Origin: Spizellomyces punctatus DAOM BR117
Lineage: Eukaryota
Assembly (NCBI GenBank): GCA_000182565.2
Contig: KQ257454.1
DNA: 64,000 nucleotides
Reading direction: 5' to 3' (one strand)
A program made the translations under genes and the position numbers. This document shows, in pieces, positions 26,162 to 37,198 of the stretch. Below the pieces are notes generated by a model. It saw only the letters and a list, made by a program, of their open reading frames with translations, was not told the origin of the DNA and searched no databases. Within the stretch, counting starts at the first letter, position 1. Each line of letters begins with the position of its first letter.

Positions 26162-28863
26162 ATGCCTGTTGACGTTGGTACGTATTCCTTCGCCTTGTTC
26201 TTACCTGCCTCGTCTGCGTTTGGTTGCTTACGATCGCACTAGCCCCTATCCGTTTGAGCACTTCCTCTGCGGAACCCGACCCTGACACGTTGGAAAGTCA
26301 AGTGCGTCAGCTCAAAAAGGAGCTCAAAGATTGGGAGCATGCATTTGCAAGCAAGGAAGGGAGAAAACCGGAGAAGGCCGATATAACGGCGAACAAGGAC
26401 ATAGGTTGGGAACGAACTCCCCTCGAACAGCTGTGACGGTTGACTAAAAATCCAAATTCTACTAGCGCGACGATACAAGGCGTATATCAAGCTAAAGTCT
26501 TCACTCGAGAGCTCACCTGCGCCGGATGAGAAGACTGAGAAATCGATACCCCGATCTAAATCAAGTAAACAACGTCGGCCGGCCACTCGTGATGATGAGG
26601 CAACAGAGGGTACCGCCAATGAGGAAGATGTTATTCCATTGCCAACCGTTGCAATGCCAAAACCGCCTCCAGTTGCAAAGAAGGTGCCCCGGAATGCGGT
26701 ACGGAAGGCCGCTGGGGCACGAGCTCTTACTAAGCCGAAAAGCAGAGGGGAACCAACCGACGATCCCTTTACCAGAGACGTGACATCGGACGGTGGAGAT
26801 GATTCTGAAGCTGCAGCAGAACAACAATCTCCGAGAGGGTCCACCACTTTGAAAGCAAACTTTTTGGACAAAGAAGCCGTTACGGCCATCGCCACCTCTA
26901 CTTTGGTTTCAGAAGAGCACCTGGACACGAGCTTGAACCCATCGACGGCCATAGCAGCCGAAGCCAGACCGTGGGGGGCAACAGCAGCTCTGCCAGAAAA
27001 TTTCAAATTGAGAAGAAATACAGTCTCAGTAGGACCCATTTCCACTGCAACGCTCTCTGCGGCTGAGAAACGGCCAACATCGCGGCCTGGAACCGCATCT
27101 GGAGAGCGACGTTCGACTTTCAGCGAGGGATCAAGACCAGTGACGAGCGCTGGCGGCATCGGTAGCAATACCGCCAATGCAGGCAGCCTGCAGGATAACT
27201 TTGGATCCACAGAGGCGTCTGAATTTCTGGATTTTATGAATCGACGAAAGGAAATTGAGAAAATTACCTCCACGCAGGTACCTGCGGGAGCCGTTACCGC
27301 TGCCGAAGCCCTCAAAGCCATGCAGCAACGTCCCAACTCACCCAACACTACGTCGCCTATGAAGACGGATCGTGCACGTGCACCCATTGTAACCTCCATT
27401 ACAGTTCAACAGTCCCCCTCCTCCGCGAATGCCAGCAAGTCATCGGCGTCACCCTCCATCCAAGCTAATCCGCCCTCACAGCCTTTGACTGCTGCTCAAC
27501 TCCGAGAACTCGCCAAACCTTACGATCCGACTGATATTGACTTGGAGGACGATACCATCCTAGATACACCTATACACGCCATCGATCACCGTATATCGGC
27601 GTCATCACCAACCAGCCGCCGATCAGATGCGCCCAAACCACCTAAACGACAATCGCTCGCGTTTGTAGCCTCTCCACAACATCGAGCCCAGCAACAGGAT
27701 GTAGACGACGGAGCGGATGAGGAGGAAGAGGAAAATGCTGGAGATATAGTGGCACCTTTGGCCACATCCCCCATGAACCCACAAACGATGTGTGTTGGAG
27801 CCGATGCGATTGGTTCGGCAATGAACCCAAGCCTGACCAACGCGCAGATCTTTTAGTACGTCTGTCATCATTTATTTGGGCTTGACATGTAACCATTTAA
27901 CCTTTCTCTGTGCCTTTTCAGCCGTATCCCGCCAGAATATATCCTCCGCTGCAAACTTTATCGCAAGAAAAATATTCTCGACAAGGCACATCCAACGTTT
28001 TTCCTATATAATCAGGTTGATGACACCTTCCTCCTCGCCGCACGTAAAAGAAAGAAGTCGAAGAGTGTCAATTACGTTATATCCACAAGTCAGGTTGATA
28101 TGAGTAAAGATTCAAAGCACTATGTTGCGAAGTTGAAGTAATTAGCCTCGATTGGGTCTGAGACTTCTGGTAGTGATTTAACCTAGTATTGAATAGGGCA
28201 AACTTCCAACGGACAAACTTCATCCTCTTGGATGCACGATCCTACAATCCTCGCGCATCCAATAAAGGGTTGCGAGAGCTCGCTTGCGTCAGTTATGTAA
28301 GTAGTCTCGCATACCATACATGTATGTATCCTTCTGAGGTAGCTCATTCTCCACCTTTGATTAGAGTAAAACTGTTCTTCCCAGAGAAATGTCCGTGGCT
28401 ATTCCCGCAACCCACATTGAAGAGCTATCGGTAACTCTTTCCAGTCTGAGCTGTCATCATATCACTCGGATGAACTCATACTTGCCAATTAGGAACATTA
28501 CTCAAAGGATATAATGGCAGATGTCAAAACCCAAAACACCAACAAACTACTCTTTCTGCGAAACAAGCCTCCACGGTGGAACGAAGTTACTCAGTCACAT
28601 TGTTTGAATTTTGGCGGACGGGTGACGCAGCCTTCCATCAAAAACTTCCAACTAGTCGGGACGGAGAATGGTATGAGCTATTGTAGTTGTTCAACGCATC
28701 TACTGGTCATCAACATATGTATTCTGCTTTAGAAAACTTTGTCATAATGCAATTTGGACGATGTGGCCCGGACTATTTTACGCTGGATGTGCGATACCCC
28801 ATGACTCCTCTCGACGCATTCGCCGTGGCACTGACCACCTTCGATGCATACGACAATGCATGA
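26162..28863 (+). CDS. Tubby-domain protein with an N-terminal Sld2/RecQL4-N-like helical module
   Basis: C-terminus [29 protein letters not shown]...[22 protein letters not shown]...FTLDVRYPM...[11 protein letters not shown]-terminus [25 protein letters not shown]...[12 protein letters not shown]; all joined in frame by GT-AG introns. Confidence 0.88.
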
Positions 28864-29236
28864 CAAAGTTAATTGTTGCAACATCATCTTACGGTGCCAT
28901 GGGTTGGAGAAAAGTCTTCAGATGACATTGTATACACCCAAAAGTTTGTTCAGTAACGTTTGTATGTAAGATTTTTAAAAGTGTATACTATGTACTGGTT
29001 TACCCATATCTATTAGCCAGCTCAATGCAAGATAATGAGTGGTTCTGGCTGTGCCAGCAGTAATGCATGCACTACTTCAGGTCCATAAAACTAACAAATA
29101 TCATTGAGAACGAGGACAGTTGTTCTGGTTCAGTAAGCGGAACTGCCGCAAGTCGATGAGGTTACCATTAACCTTGCCTCGTTTGCAAGCACGTTCGTGC
29201 ATCTGTGCATCTACCCTCCGTCAATATGCATTGAAT

Positions 29237-29923
29237 GACGTTGTACCCTGCTTTTAATGCTAGCTAGTAGCTTGCTCCGGAGCAAATTATTCCGCGCTCA
29301 ATGTGGTCAGATGCACTGCTATTTAGGGAAATAGCACTAGTTTGGCCCCAAGGAGACGAACGGGAGGATGTCTTCGGAAGAAAGGCTACAATTAACAAGT
29401 GGACGATATTGACTAAACTAATACTGGCTTTAACAGTGATCATATAGTGTGGTAGGGACGGTCTCATCAGCTACTTCTCAGCTATATCTATTTCCTTTTT
29501 ACTGATCACTATCGGTCATTAATGTGCCCACTGTCGGTGANNNNNNNNNNNNNNNNNNNNNNNNNNNNNNNNNNNNNNNNNNNNNNNNNNNNNNNNNNNN
29601 NNNNNNNNNNNNNNNNNNNNNNNNNNNNNNNNNNNNNNNNGACGGATTAGATCAGCGTGTCCAGGAAGGACACGACTTCGATTCGAGGGGGACCTCCTTG
29701 AATGCACGCATATACACATGGGAATTAAGGGGCCGAATAGTCCAGTCGGGACTGTAGTGTGCGTGGTGTGAGCAGCTACCTCCATCTTCGGATTGGAGCT
29801 CTATGATTGTTTCTAAGGGGGAGGGCAGTCATAGGGAGGGCCTCGGCAGGTGAAAGGGGGCCTGCGTTATGTTTTGACCAAATACGAAAGGGGATACATG
29901 ACCTGGTGCTGTAATGTCTTTTT
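29237..29923 (+). ncRNA. Candidate large structured ncRNA A, spanning the assembly gap
   Basis: Many 7-14 bp stems whose G-U pairs work on +, a C(UUCG)G loop, closing helix 29237-29245/29910-29918 followed by T5; no recognisable ORF. Confidence 0.45.
29541..29640. other. Assembly gap (100 N)
   Basis: Run of n characters. Confidence 1.
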
Positions 29924-30495
29924 CAAGCAAGGAGTCTGTACTTCACCAGACAACATTTAAGGTCGGCCCAGTATTATCTCATTGAAAAATCAAATCCTTT
30001 GATAGTTCCCAATTCTCCTTGTGTCGAACTGTGTATTTCTGAACTGGCGCAGACTTCAGAAGCAGAGGATCTGCGCAACTCTCGAACTCCGCTAATCGAC
30101 CTTCCGTGGCTCGCTGGCGGTTTGCCGCATCTGTGACCAGTCAAAGTCGGATAAATAAGTTGAATCGCTTATTGCGAGATCTCTGTCGTCTGACGCAGGA
30201 TGTCAGATGCCCTATTAAATGTCAGTTTCTAGGTGAAGAAAGAAAGCACGCTAGACGATCTCTCACGTTATTCTGTGCCAGATGTGGTGGTCGTTGTTAT
30301 CTAAATCTGACGGGTATCGTTCGTTTCATTATTCTAATCTTATAGCGCAGTCGTAGAACGTCATGTCTGCACACTCTGTAGTTGAGTGGTTAAAAGTGCT
30401 CATTTAGCGATCGGCAGGTCAATAACGTAAGCGGAGACAGTGATACGTCAGCATGCTTTGGTCCACTCATCCAGTGGTCAACCGTCCAATCCGTC

Positions 30496-31583
30496 ATGAC
30501 AGTGCTATACCCACTCGCTATCCTATGTATACTCGTCATTCCCTTATTCATAGCGCTGGTCGCTTACTTGCAGCCTAGGTGGATTATATCGTATGCTTCT
30601 CGCTGTTTTCCGCAGGTGTTATTCTGCTGCGACGATGGAGTTCGTCAAACAATAAATAGTCGCCACGCCGACAAGGTCATTGCCCTGACTATTGATGATT
30701 CCCCGTCTCCGGTGGGTTACTCGAAAGCTTCCGAACAACACCACAGGTGGGAATGGATATTGTAATGTACAATAAAATCGTTTTTTGCAGCTTACAGCGG
30801 CAATTTTGACTCTCCTGCGCCAGCACGATGCTAAGGCGACATTCTGTACGTAGGACCGTTCACTCTTTGCGATGCGCTAACTCATACATGGTATCTTGTT
30901 CTACTACAGTTGTTATTGGTTCATATGTGGAAAAGTTCAATACTCTCACTGGAGAGGGGAGCACATCTGAACTAGAGTCTGGATCGTTTAACGATCTGAT
31001 GACTGCAATAGTGTCCCATGGTTGTGAACTGGGAAATCACCTCATGTTTGATCACGCCAGTGTCAAGCTACCTCCAGCCATCTTTGAAAAACAACTACTT
31101 CAAGTTGATACCCTGCTGCGAAAATACGACAATCTCGCATTATCGCCTCCCAGGCGACGAAAGAGTGTTGCGATAGTCGACAGTACAGTGCCTTCCGGAG
31201 ATCTTCCGTCTATACCATCTCCCACTGCAGATGCGTCGAGAAGTGAGCCGGTTCAGTTAGAAGCACCGGTCAAATATCGATGGTTCAGGCCGGGATCGGG
31301 GTGGTTCAACTCAGCGATGCTAGCTACCGTAGAGAAGCACGGGTATCGGACGGCCTTGGGTTGTGTATATCCACATGATCCACATATTTCCAATGCCCGT
31401 TTAAATGCATGGCATGTGCTCCGTGGGGTGCATCCTGGTGCTATCATCGTACTTCACGATTGCCGGTCATGGACCATTGATACATTGAAGATACTCCTAC
31501 CCGAATTACGCAAGAGAGGATATGCTGTACGAACCCTCACAGAGGTGTACAGATCGAGACAAGTCAACGATGGCTGTATATAG
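30496..31583 (+). CDS. Polysaccharide deacetylase (CE4/NodB homology) with N-terminal membrane anchor
   Basis: IALTIDDSP, ATF-FVIG, ELGNH, WFRPGSG, PGAIIVLHD, ILLPELRKRGY. Confidence 0.9.
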
Positions 31584-31626
31584 TTGGTCAGGTAAATGGA
31601 AATGAAACCGAAAAGGATGTTATCAT

Positions 31627-33224
31627 CTATCGGTTGGTGCAGTCTTGTGACTGGATCCTAGTTTTGGCCGTGCCACTTGGGTATGGAGGATTGGGACCCG
31701 AGGCTGACAGTAGGACAGTGTAGAGGCGCGCACAGCAGATAGATCAACAAGGAATCTGAGGGAATTCAAGTCACCTGTTCATGAGCCTGGTGTCGGTTTA
31801 CAACCATGAAACCTGCTTTGGATGTATCTATTACGTCCGTATCTGTCATGATTCGGTGAACGCGGAAGACTCGTGGTGCTTGTGGGGCTGTGGGAGGGAT
31901 GCTCGGAGGACGCGGCTGAGCGGTGATTGGTCCAAGGACAGGACCTATTCATTGCAATCCATAAGTTCATCGCAGCCTGCAATACGATGAGCATCGAGAG
32001 AACGATACCTGTCTTGGCATGTTGATTTCGATCCAACAAGGAGTCAAGGTCTGCCTTCCGCTCATGCTTTCTCCACTTGTTCTGAAAGGGATAGTTTGCA
32101 GTCAGTTGACTCCAAATTCGACAAATGCTTTTCATTCATCTGCGGTGGTACCTCCAACTTGTCCGAAAAACTCCGCAAGTCTTGAATCGATGGAGGGCTT
32201 AAACCTCTGACACATTCAGCCCTGCATGTCCGCGGTTAGCACAACCATCGCCAGTTAAACAAGGATTTAACCCACTTCGATCGGTGGTCTCTCTCATCAT
32301 CCATGGCTTGCCGTAGCGCTTCCACTTCAGTCAACAGCCTGTCTTTCTCGCTCATGAGCGCACGACTGTTTATCGAATGTTCAGTGTTAATTTGACAGTT
32401 GTCCTGCTGAGACGGGACACCAAAAGACAATCCTACCGAAATTGACTTAAGACATCAGTCGCATCGAGGATGTTCTTAACTTGACCTGTATCCAGGAGTG
32501 CAGGTGTTGATCCAGGTCGCTTTCCCGCACCTTGAAGCGCAAATGGTAATCAGGCCAAAGTTCTGTGGTCTCCGTATGACAAATCGCAACAATACCCGAA
32601 GATATTGGTCGCCGTCTCCTCGATGTCTCTTCCGCATGGATGTAATTTACTACATGGCCAAATACAGTGAGAACGGGAAGGCTTTTAGGAATCAGTTTTC
32701 TTCTACTGCTGAAGCTCAGATAAAAATGCGGGCGAAAGGAGCCGTACCAATCCGGATATCCTGCTCGTTTTCCAGTATTGATTCTTGTGACCGGTGATCG
32801 TCCGCTACCTATCCTGTGTCTCAGCAAATCTGTCCATTCAAAGACACGAGGGAATATAAGGACATACCTCTTTGAAGTTGTCCAACAATAGTCGAATTTT
32901 TTGTATCAAAGCTGAGCGGTGGAAAGTACCAGAGCCGATGCCTCCCTGCACCATGCCTTCGACAAAAGACTTGGGCAAAAGGATTTCAATGGAACTCTAC
33001 ACGAAAGCAGCGTACCGCAAATAATAGTAACTCACCTTGTCAGTCTCTTGCCTGTACTCCTCATGTATCTCCATCAGCATCCTGGCTTCCAACTCCAATT
33101 CCTCAACCTGGCCAACCAAGTGTTCCCCCAGCAACCCTCGTAGTTCATCCCGTTCCTGTGGCGGGGCAGCAACTAATATGGATTCAAGAAGAGAAACAGT
33201 GGGAGTGTATCTTTCAGAGTGCAT
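31627..33224 (-). CDS. CCDC24: CCDC24-like coiled-coil protein
   Basis: SLLESILVAAPPQERDELRGLLGEHLV...ELELEARMLMEI, LIQKIRLLLDN, RALMSEKDRLLTEVEALRQAMDDE; 3' exons uncertain. Confidence 0.6.
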
Positions 33225-33745
33225 GGTTGTGTTTTTCTATTGTAACTTTTATGTTACTAGCAATGCATCTATTTCTGAAATAGAATCCGCGATTACTTAA
33301 GCTGATCGCATAAGCAAGAAGTAGTAAACCCTATCAATGCTACTACGGCTAGACAATTTCATATGGAGCAGTTAAACTATCTACTTCTTGATTAGCTGAG
33401 GTGTAGTTGCTCAATCTAATGTATTGTATTTGACACGGCTGATGTCGTATGAAGACTGGGAGGCCTAGCACGCGATAATCGAACGAAGCGGATTCTTTGA
33501 CACTTCCTGTTAGTCTGAACGACAGCCATTGTCCGAGTTCCGTTAGAGTCTATTTGGCTTTGTGTCCCGCCTTCTGCATCATAAATTGAAACAGATCCCG
33601 TGGATTGAGTCATTTTTGGACCAGAAAGCTGTGAAAGTATGGATTCTGCTGGATTGCATAGGTTTCAGCAGGTATCTGGTGTTTGCCTACCGCTGTCATC
33701 CTGGTAAGTGCGTGGTTCACAATGCCAATGACCTTGTCCAGAGGC

Positions 33746-36700
33746 CTACTTGGTAAAATCTTCGCCATAATCAAAGAAGAGCTCTTTCTCAGCTTCGATC
33801 CGCCGCGCAGCGTATATGCCAACCCTGGAAACGATAGATGAGTGGGAACTGGTTTCAAAAAACAGGAGAAAACTGGAACACTGCACCTACCTAAGTTCGC
33901 CGCTCACCATCTTAACTAATTAGTTTAATCGAATCCGATAGATACCATTAGAACTTTGGCGAATTTAGTTCAACAGTTGAGCTCTCCTCACCAACTGGGA
34001 AGCAATTGGCTTTATCTGGATATTCTCCATGATTGATAAATCGGGTTTTGTTCCCTTTCCGTGAGGCATCCACTAATGGCGCATATTTATCTCCCAAGCT
34101 GAAAAGATAATTTAATTTGGACGCTGCATTGATGGCATCCCGTCTGCGTTTGACCGAACAACGTGGTGAGCTACAGTCAGAATCTGTCCTCAAGTTTGAT
34201 GGCACACCTATTTGATTCTGCAACGGATATCACCTATATATGGGGATGATGAGCACTATAGTACACGGAAAACTTAGATTCTTATACATACCCCTCCCGT
34301 GTATTCAGCAAGCAGCTCCCCTTTCTCCGCTAATATTTAATGCTCGTGAGTCGCATGCTTGAAGCAGGAAGACGTCGCACACCATACCAGGCTCACGTAA
34401 AAATGCTCCACGACCGTGCACCTCGCTGTCGCCAACACATAGATGCTATATTTTATGTGACGTCGCGGTTATCGCAAACTTCGGAGCTTGCAGTGTAGCG
34501 TCAGCAAAGTACCAATACCTTCTTCATATTTCTTTGCATAGCTTGATTATGGCAGGTTAAGGAGGATGTCTTCCGTCCAACAGCCCCACACTCCACTACA
34601 ATCAAGATATAATCTCAGTCTAATAAATGCACTGTTCAATATCACTACTTCGCTGTACCATCTGCACCGCAGGATCTGGGCAATATTTAAGTTAGTTTGT
34701 ATTCATCTTTCTACTAAAGTTCTCGCAGCACACGCACCTACACACATCAGGATCACATTCCCTCTCTTCGTGAACACATCTACAAAACTCCTTCCCGTTC
34801 GCTTGGAGTTTGAAATGACCTTTCACATGCCTGTTTTCCGTTTGGTCCCAGGTGGCTGGAACTTTAATCACTTTAGCACGACACCCCGATACGCAGTCAC
34901 AGCCAGGATATCGATATGGACAGAATTTGGAGCACGCGCATGTTCTCTCGCAAAAGTTCCCCGTTTTCACGCAGCTGCAGTTTTCTGTGCACACAGCGGT
35001 AGCGGGGTTATGTAAGTGATCTTCACAGCTGCAAGGAGCGGTCGGCGTACGCTTCCGAGTGGGAGAATATTCTATAAACAGAAGTATTGGAACAACTAGC
35101 GCGGAAGATAAAACATATTTGAGGACCTTTTTTGGGAACAGCAGGAGGTAGTGCCATGCGGCCAGAGATGGCGAGCCTATCCGCCTCCTTGATCATTTCG
35201 GTCAATGATGAAATTAAGGCCCCTTCGTACATAGCGAGCGCTGTGCAGTCGCCGTTAGTCAAGGCGATGACCATGTAGTAAACCTAAGTATCAACAGGTT
35301 ACATCGGATCAAGGAATGTATACTGCACATCGCAGTGGTATGTGAACTCACGTCTGCACACGACTTATTCGAATATGATATTGATATTCGGCAGTAGTCG
35401 CGTCCAAAGCATCGGTAAGCGACTCCCAGAGTCCTCAATTCATCACTTTTCCAGTCAGCAACACGGGCTGATATCGTGTCCTCACAGATTTCTGTCTCTC
35501 TCTTATATACAGATTTAATCAGGGTTGTCTCACAAGACGTTTCCTCATAAATAAGGGTATGTACCTGAAAATAATAGCAACAGTTTGAGCTGCATGGCGA
35601 AGAGACGCTTTTCGGGACATTGGGTATTTCGATGAAAGGTTTGCGCTGGCGCAACGCTGTAGTGGATACTAGGGCATTGGTAATCCAGTCTCCAAGACCG
35701 ACCGCAGCACACTGACCATCCTTATCGAAAGACATTAGATGTGTCTGACATCCAGCTAACCCACATATTTGACATATGAGATGGAATTCACCATCGAATG
35801 CGGTATGCGAGCGGCGATCTCCATCCGTGCTCAATCTTAAATGCCTGACGAAGATCACCGTCTCACACAGATTAGCACAGCAGGTCGACACAAGACTCAG
35901 AGGAGTGAATCTACCGTTTAAGCAGCTCGACAGCACTCATGCTTCCAATCTTCTGACGGGCAAGTGCTCGAAGAGTTCGGGTTACCTCCAGCTTCGTAGA
36001 AGTGAAGGTGGCCTTTCGTTTGCCATTTGAAAGGTTGGCGAAGAGCTCTTGCAGAACATCCCTCGGAGCGCACGAAGACAAGATATGCTCACTAAACGCA
36101 AGTATCTTTTGGCGCTCTGATGTTCATGCGAGCGTGAGGTTCAGAACCTGCCCCGCAATTCGGGACGGTTGTTGAGTCAGATAATGCAATGGCCCACCCT
36201 TATCATTTTCCATGGACCAGTTTGCCAAGTCCTCTACCCATTCATCGTCTTCTTCTCCTGAGCTCAACAAAGCAGAACGCCGTACGGGGTCATTCGGCTC
36301 CTACAGTTTGAAGAACCATATGTGAACAAACTAGCCAAAGGTGTCCCATAAGATGGCAGCACGGGGTTTCTGTTGTGAGTACCTTTACACTCCGTGCAGT
36401 TGGAATAAATGTGAAAGAGTTCATACGCTCGAACTTTCCTTCCACAACAACAATCGAGCTCCCCGTTGTTGATCCTGCCTCTTTTTTTATCGGAGTGTTT
36501 GACGGCGTCAATTCCCAGGAGGACGGACGGAATCCAGTTGTGTATGCTTTCAAGGCTCGCTTATATACCTTCTATAGAATTCGAATGCAACACGGTAAAC
36601 CGGTGGCTAATGCAATCCGCCAGCCAATGCGACAGATTCCCGAACCTTGCGCTGGTTGGTCAACTCCACATTCCAGCCTTTCTCCCACTTTTGCAGGTCA

Positions 36701-36858
36701 AGTAACAGCTTCTTTTCAACTCTCCTGTCCTCTTCGTCCGAAACCGAACTATCACTCCCGTCAGAATCCTCTGCATGTTTCCTCTTCCTTGCATTATGAG
36801 ACTCTAAATCCCCCGTGTCTGCAAAGGCGTTATCAATCCTGGAACTTTTCCTCGACAT
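33746..36858 (-). CDS. EZH2: Enhancer of zeste / KMT6-like H3K27 methyltransferase (CXC + SET)
   Basis: CXC: CTENCSCVKTGNFCERTCAC...CPYRYPGCDC...ERECDPDVCRC; SET: LAEYTG, VDASRKGNKTRFINH, ANCFP, VGIYAARRI..ELFFDYG. Confidence 0.85.
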
Positions 36859-37198
36859 CACTCCCCCAGAACCATCCCTTGAAGATGCCAGGAGAGGCCA
36901 AGTTGCTCTGTGGCACAGTCATGTAATTGGGCAAGTGCTGCGCACGCAAAGTCACAGAAGGCGGGGGCAGCCAGTGGAGGAACACGTACCGCGATGAGTC
37001 AGCCAGGTGAGCTTCAACTGCCCCACTCTTGCTGTTAAGATATAAACCTCATCCCACCGTTGTCCACCCCGTTAACAAGCTTACAAGCAAGAGACTAGCT
37101 ATCAGCGCTATATTGGTAGCTGCTGCTTTGAGGTCTCGTTTCCTTTGCTCGAAAAATTGGTCCCCCAGATAGCAACTCCTGGGCTTGGGGGATCTGCC

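Noticed and set aside
26239-27399. 386-aa minus-strand ORF
   Set aside because: Antisense shadow of the low-complexity Tubby linker exon; no recognisable motifs
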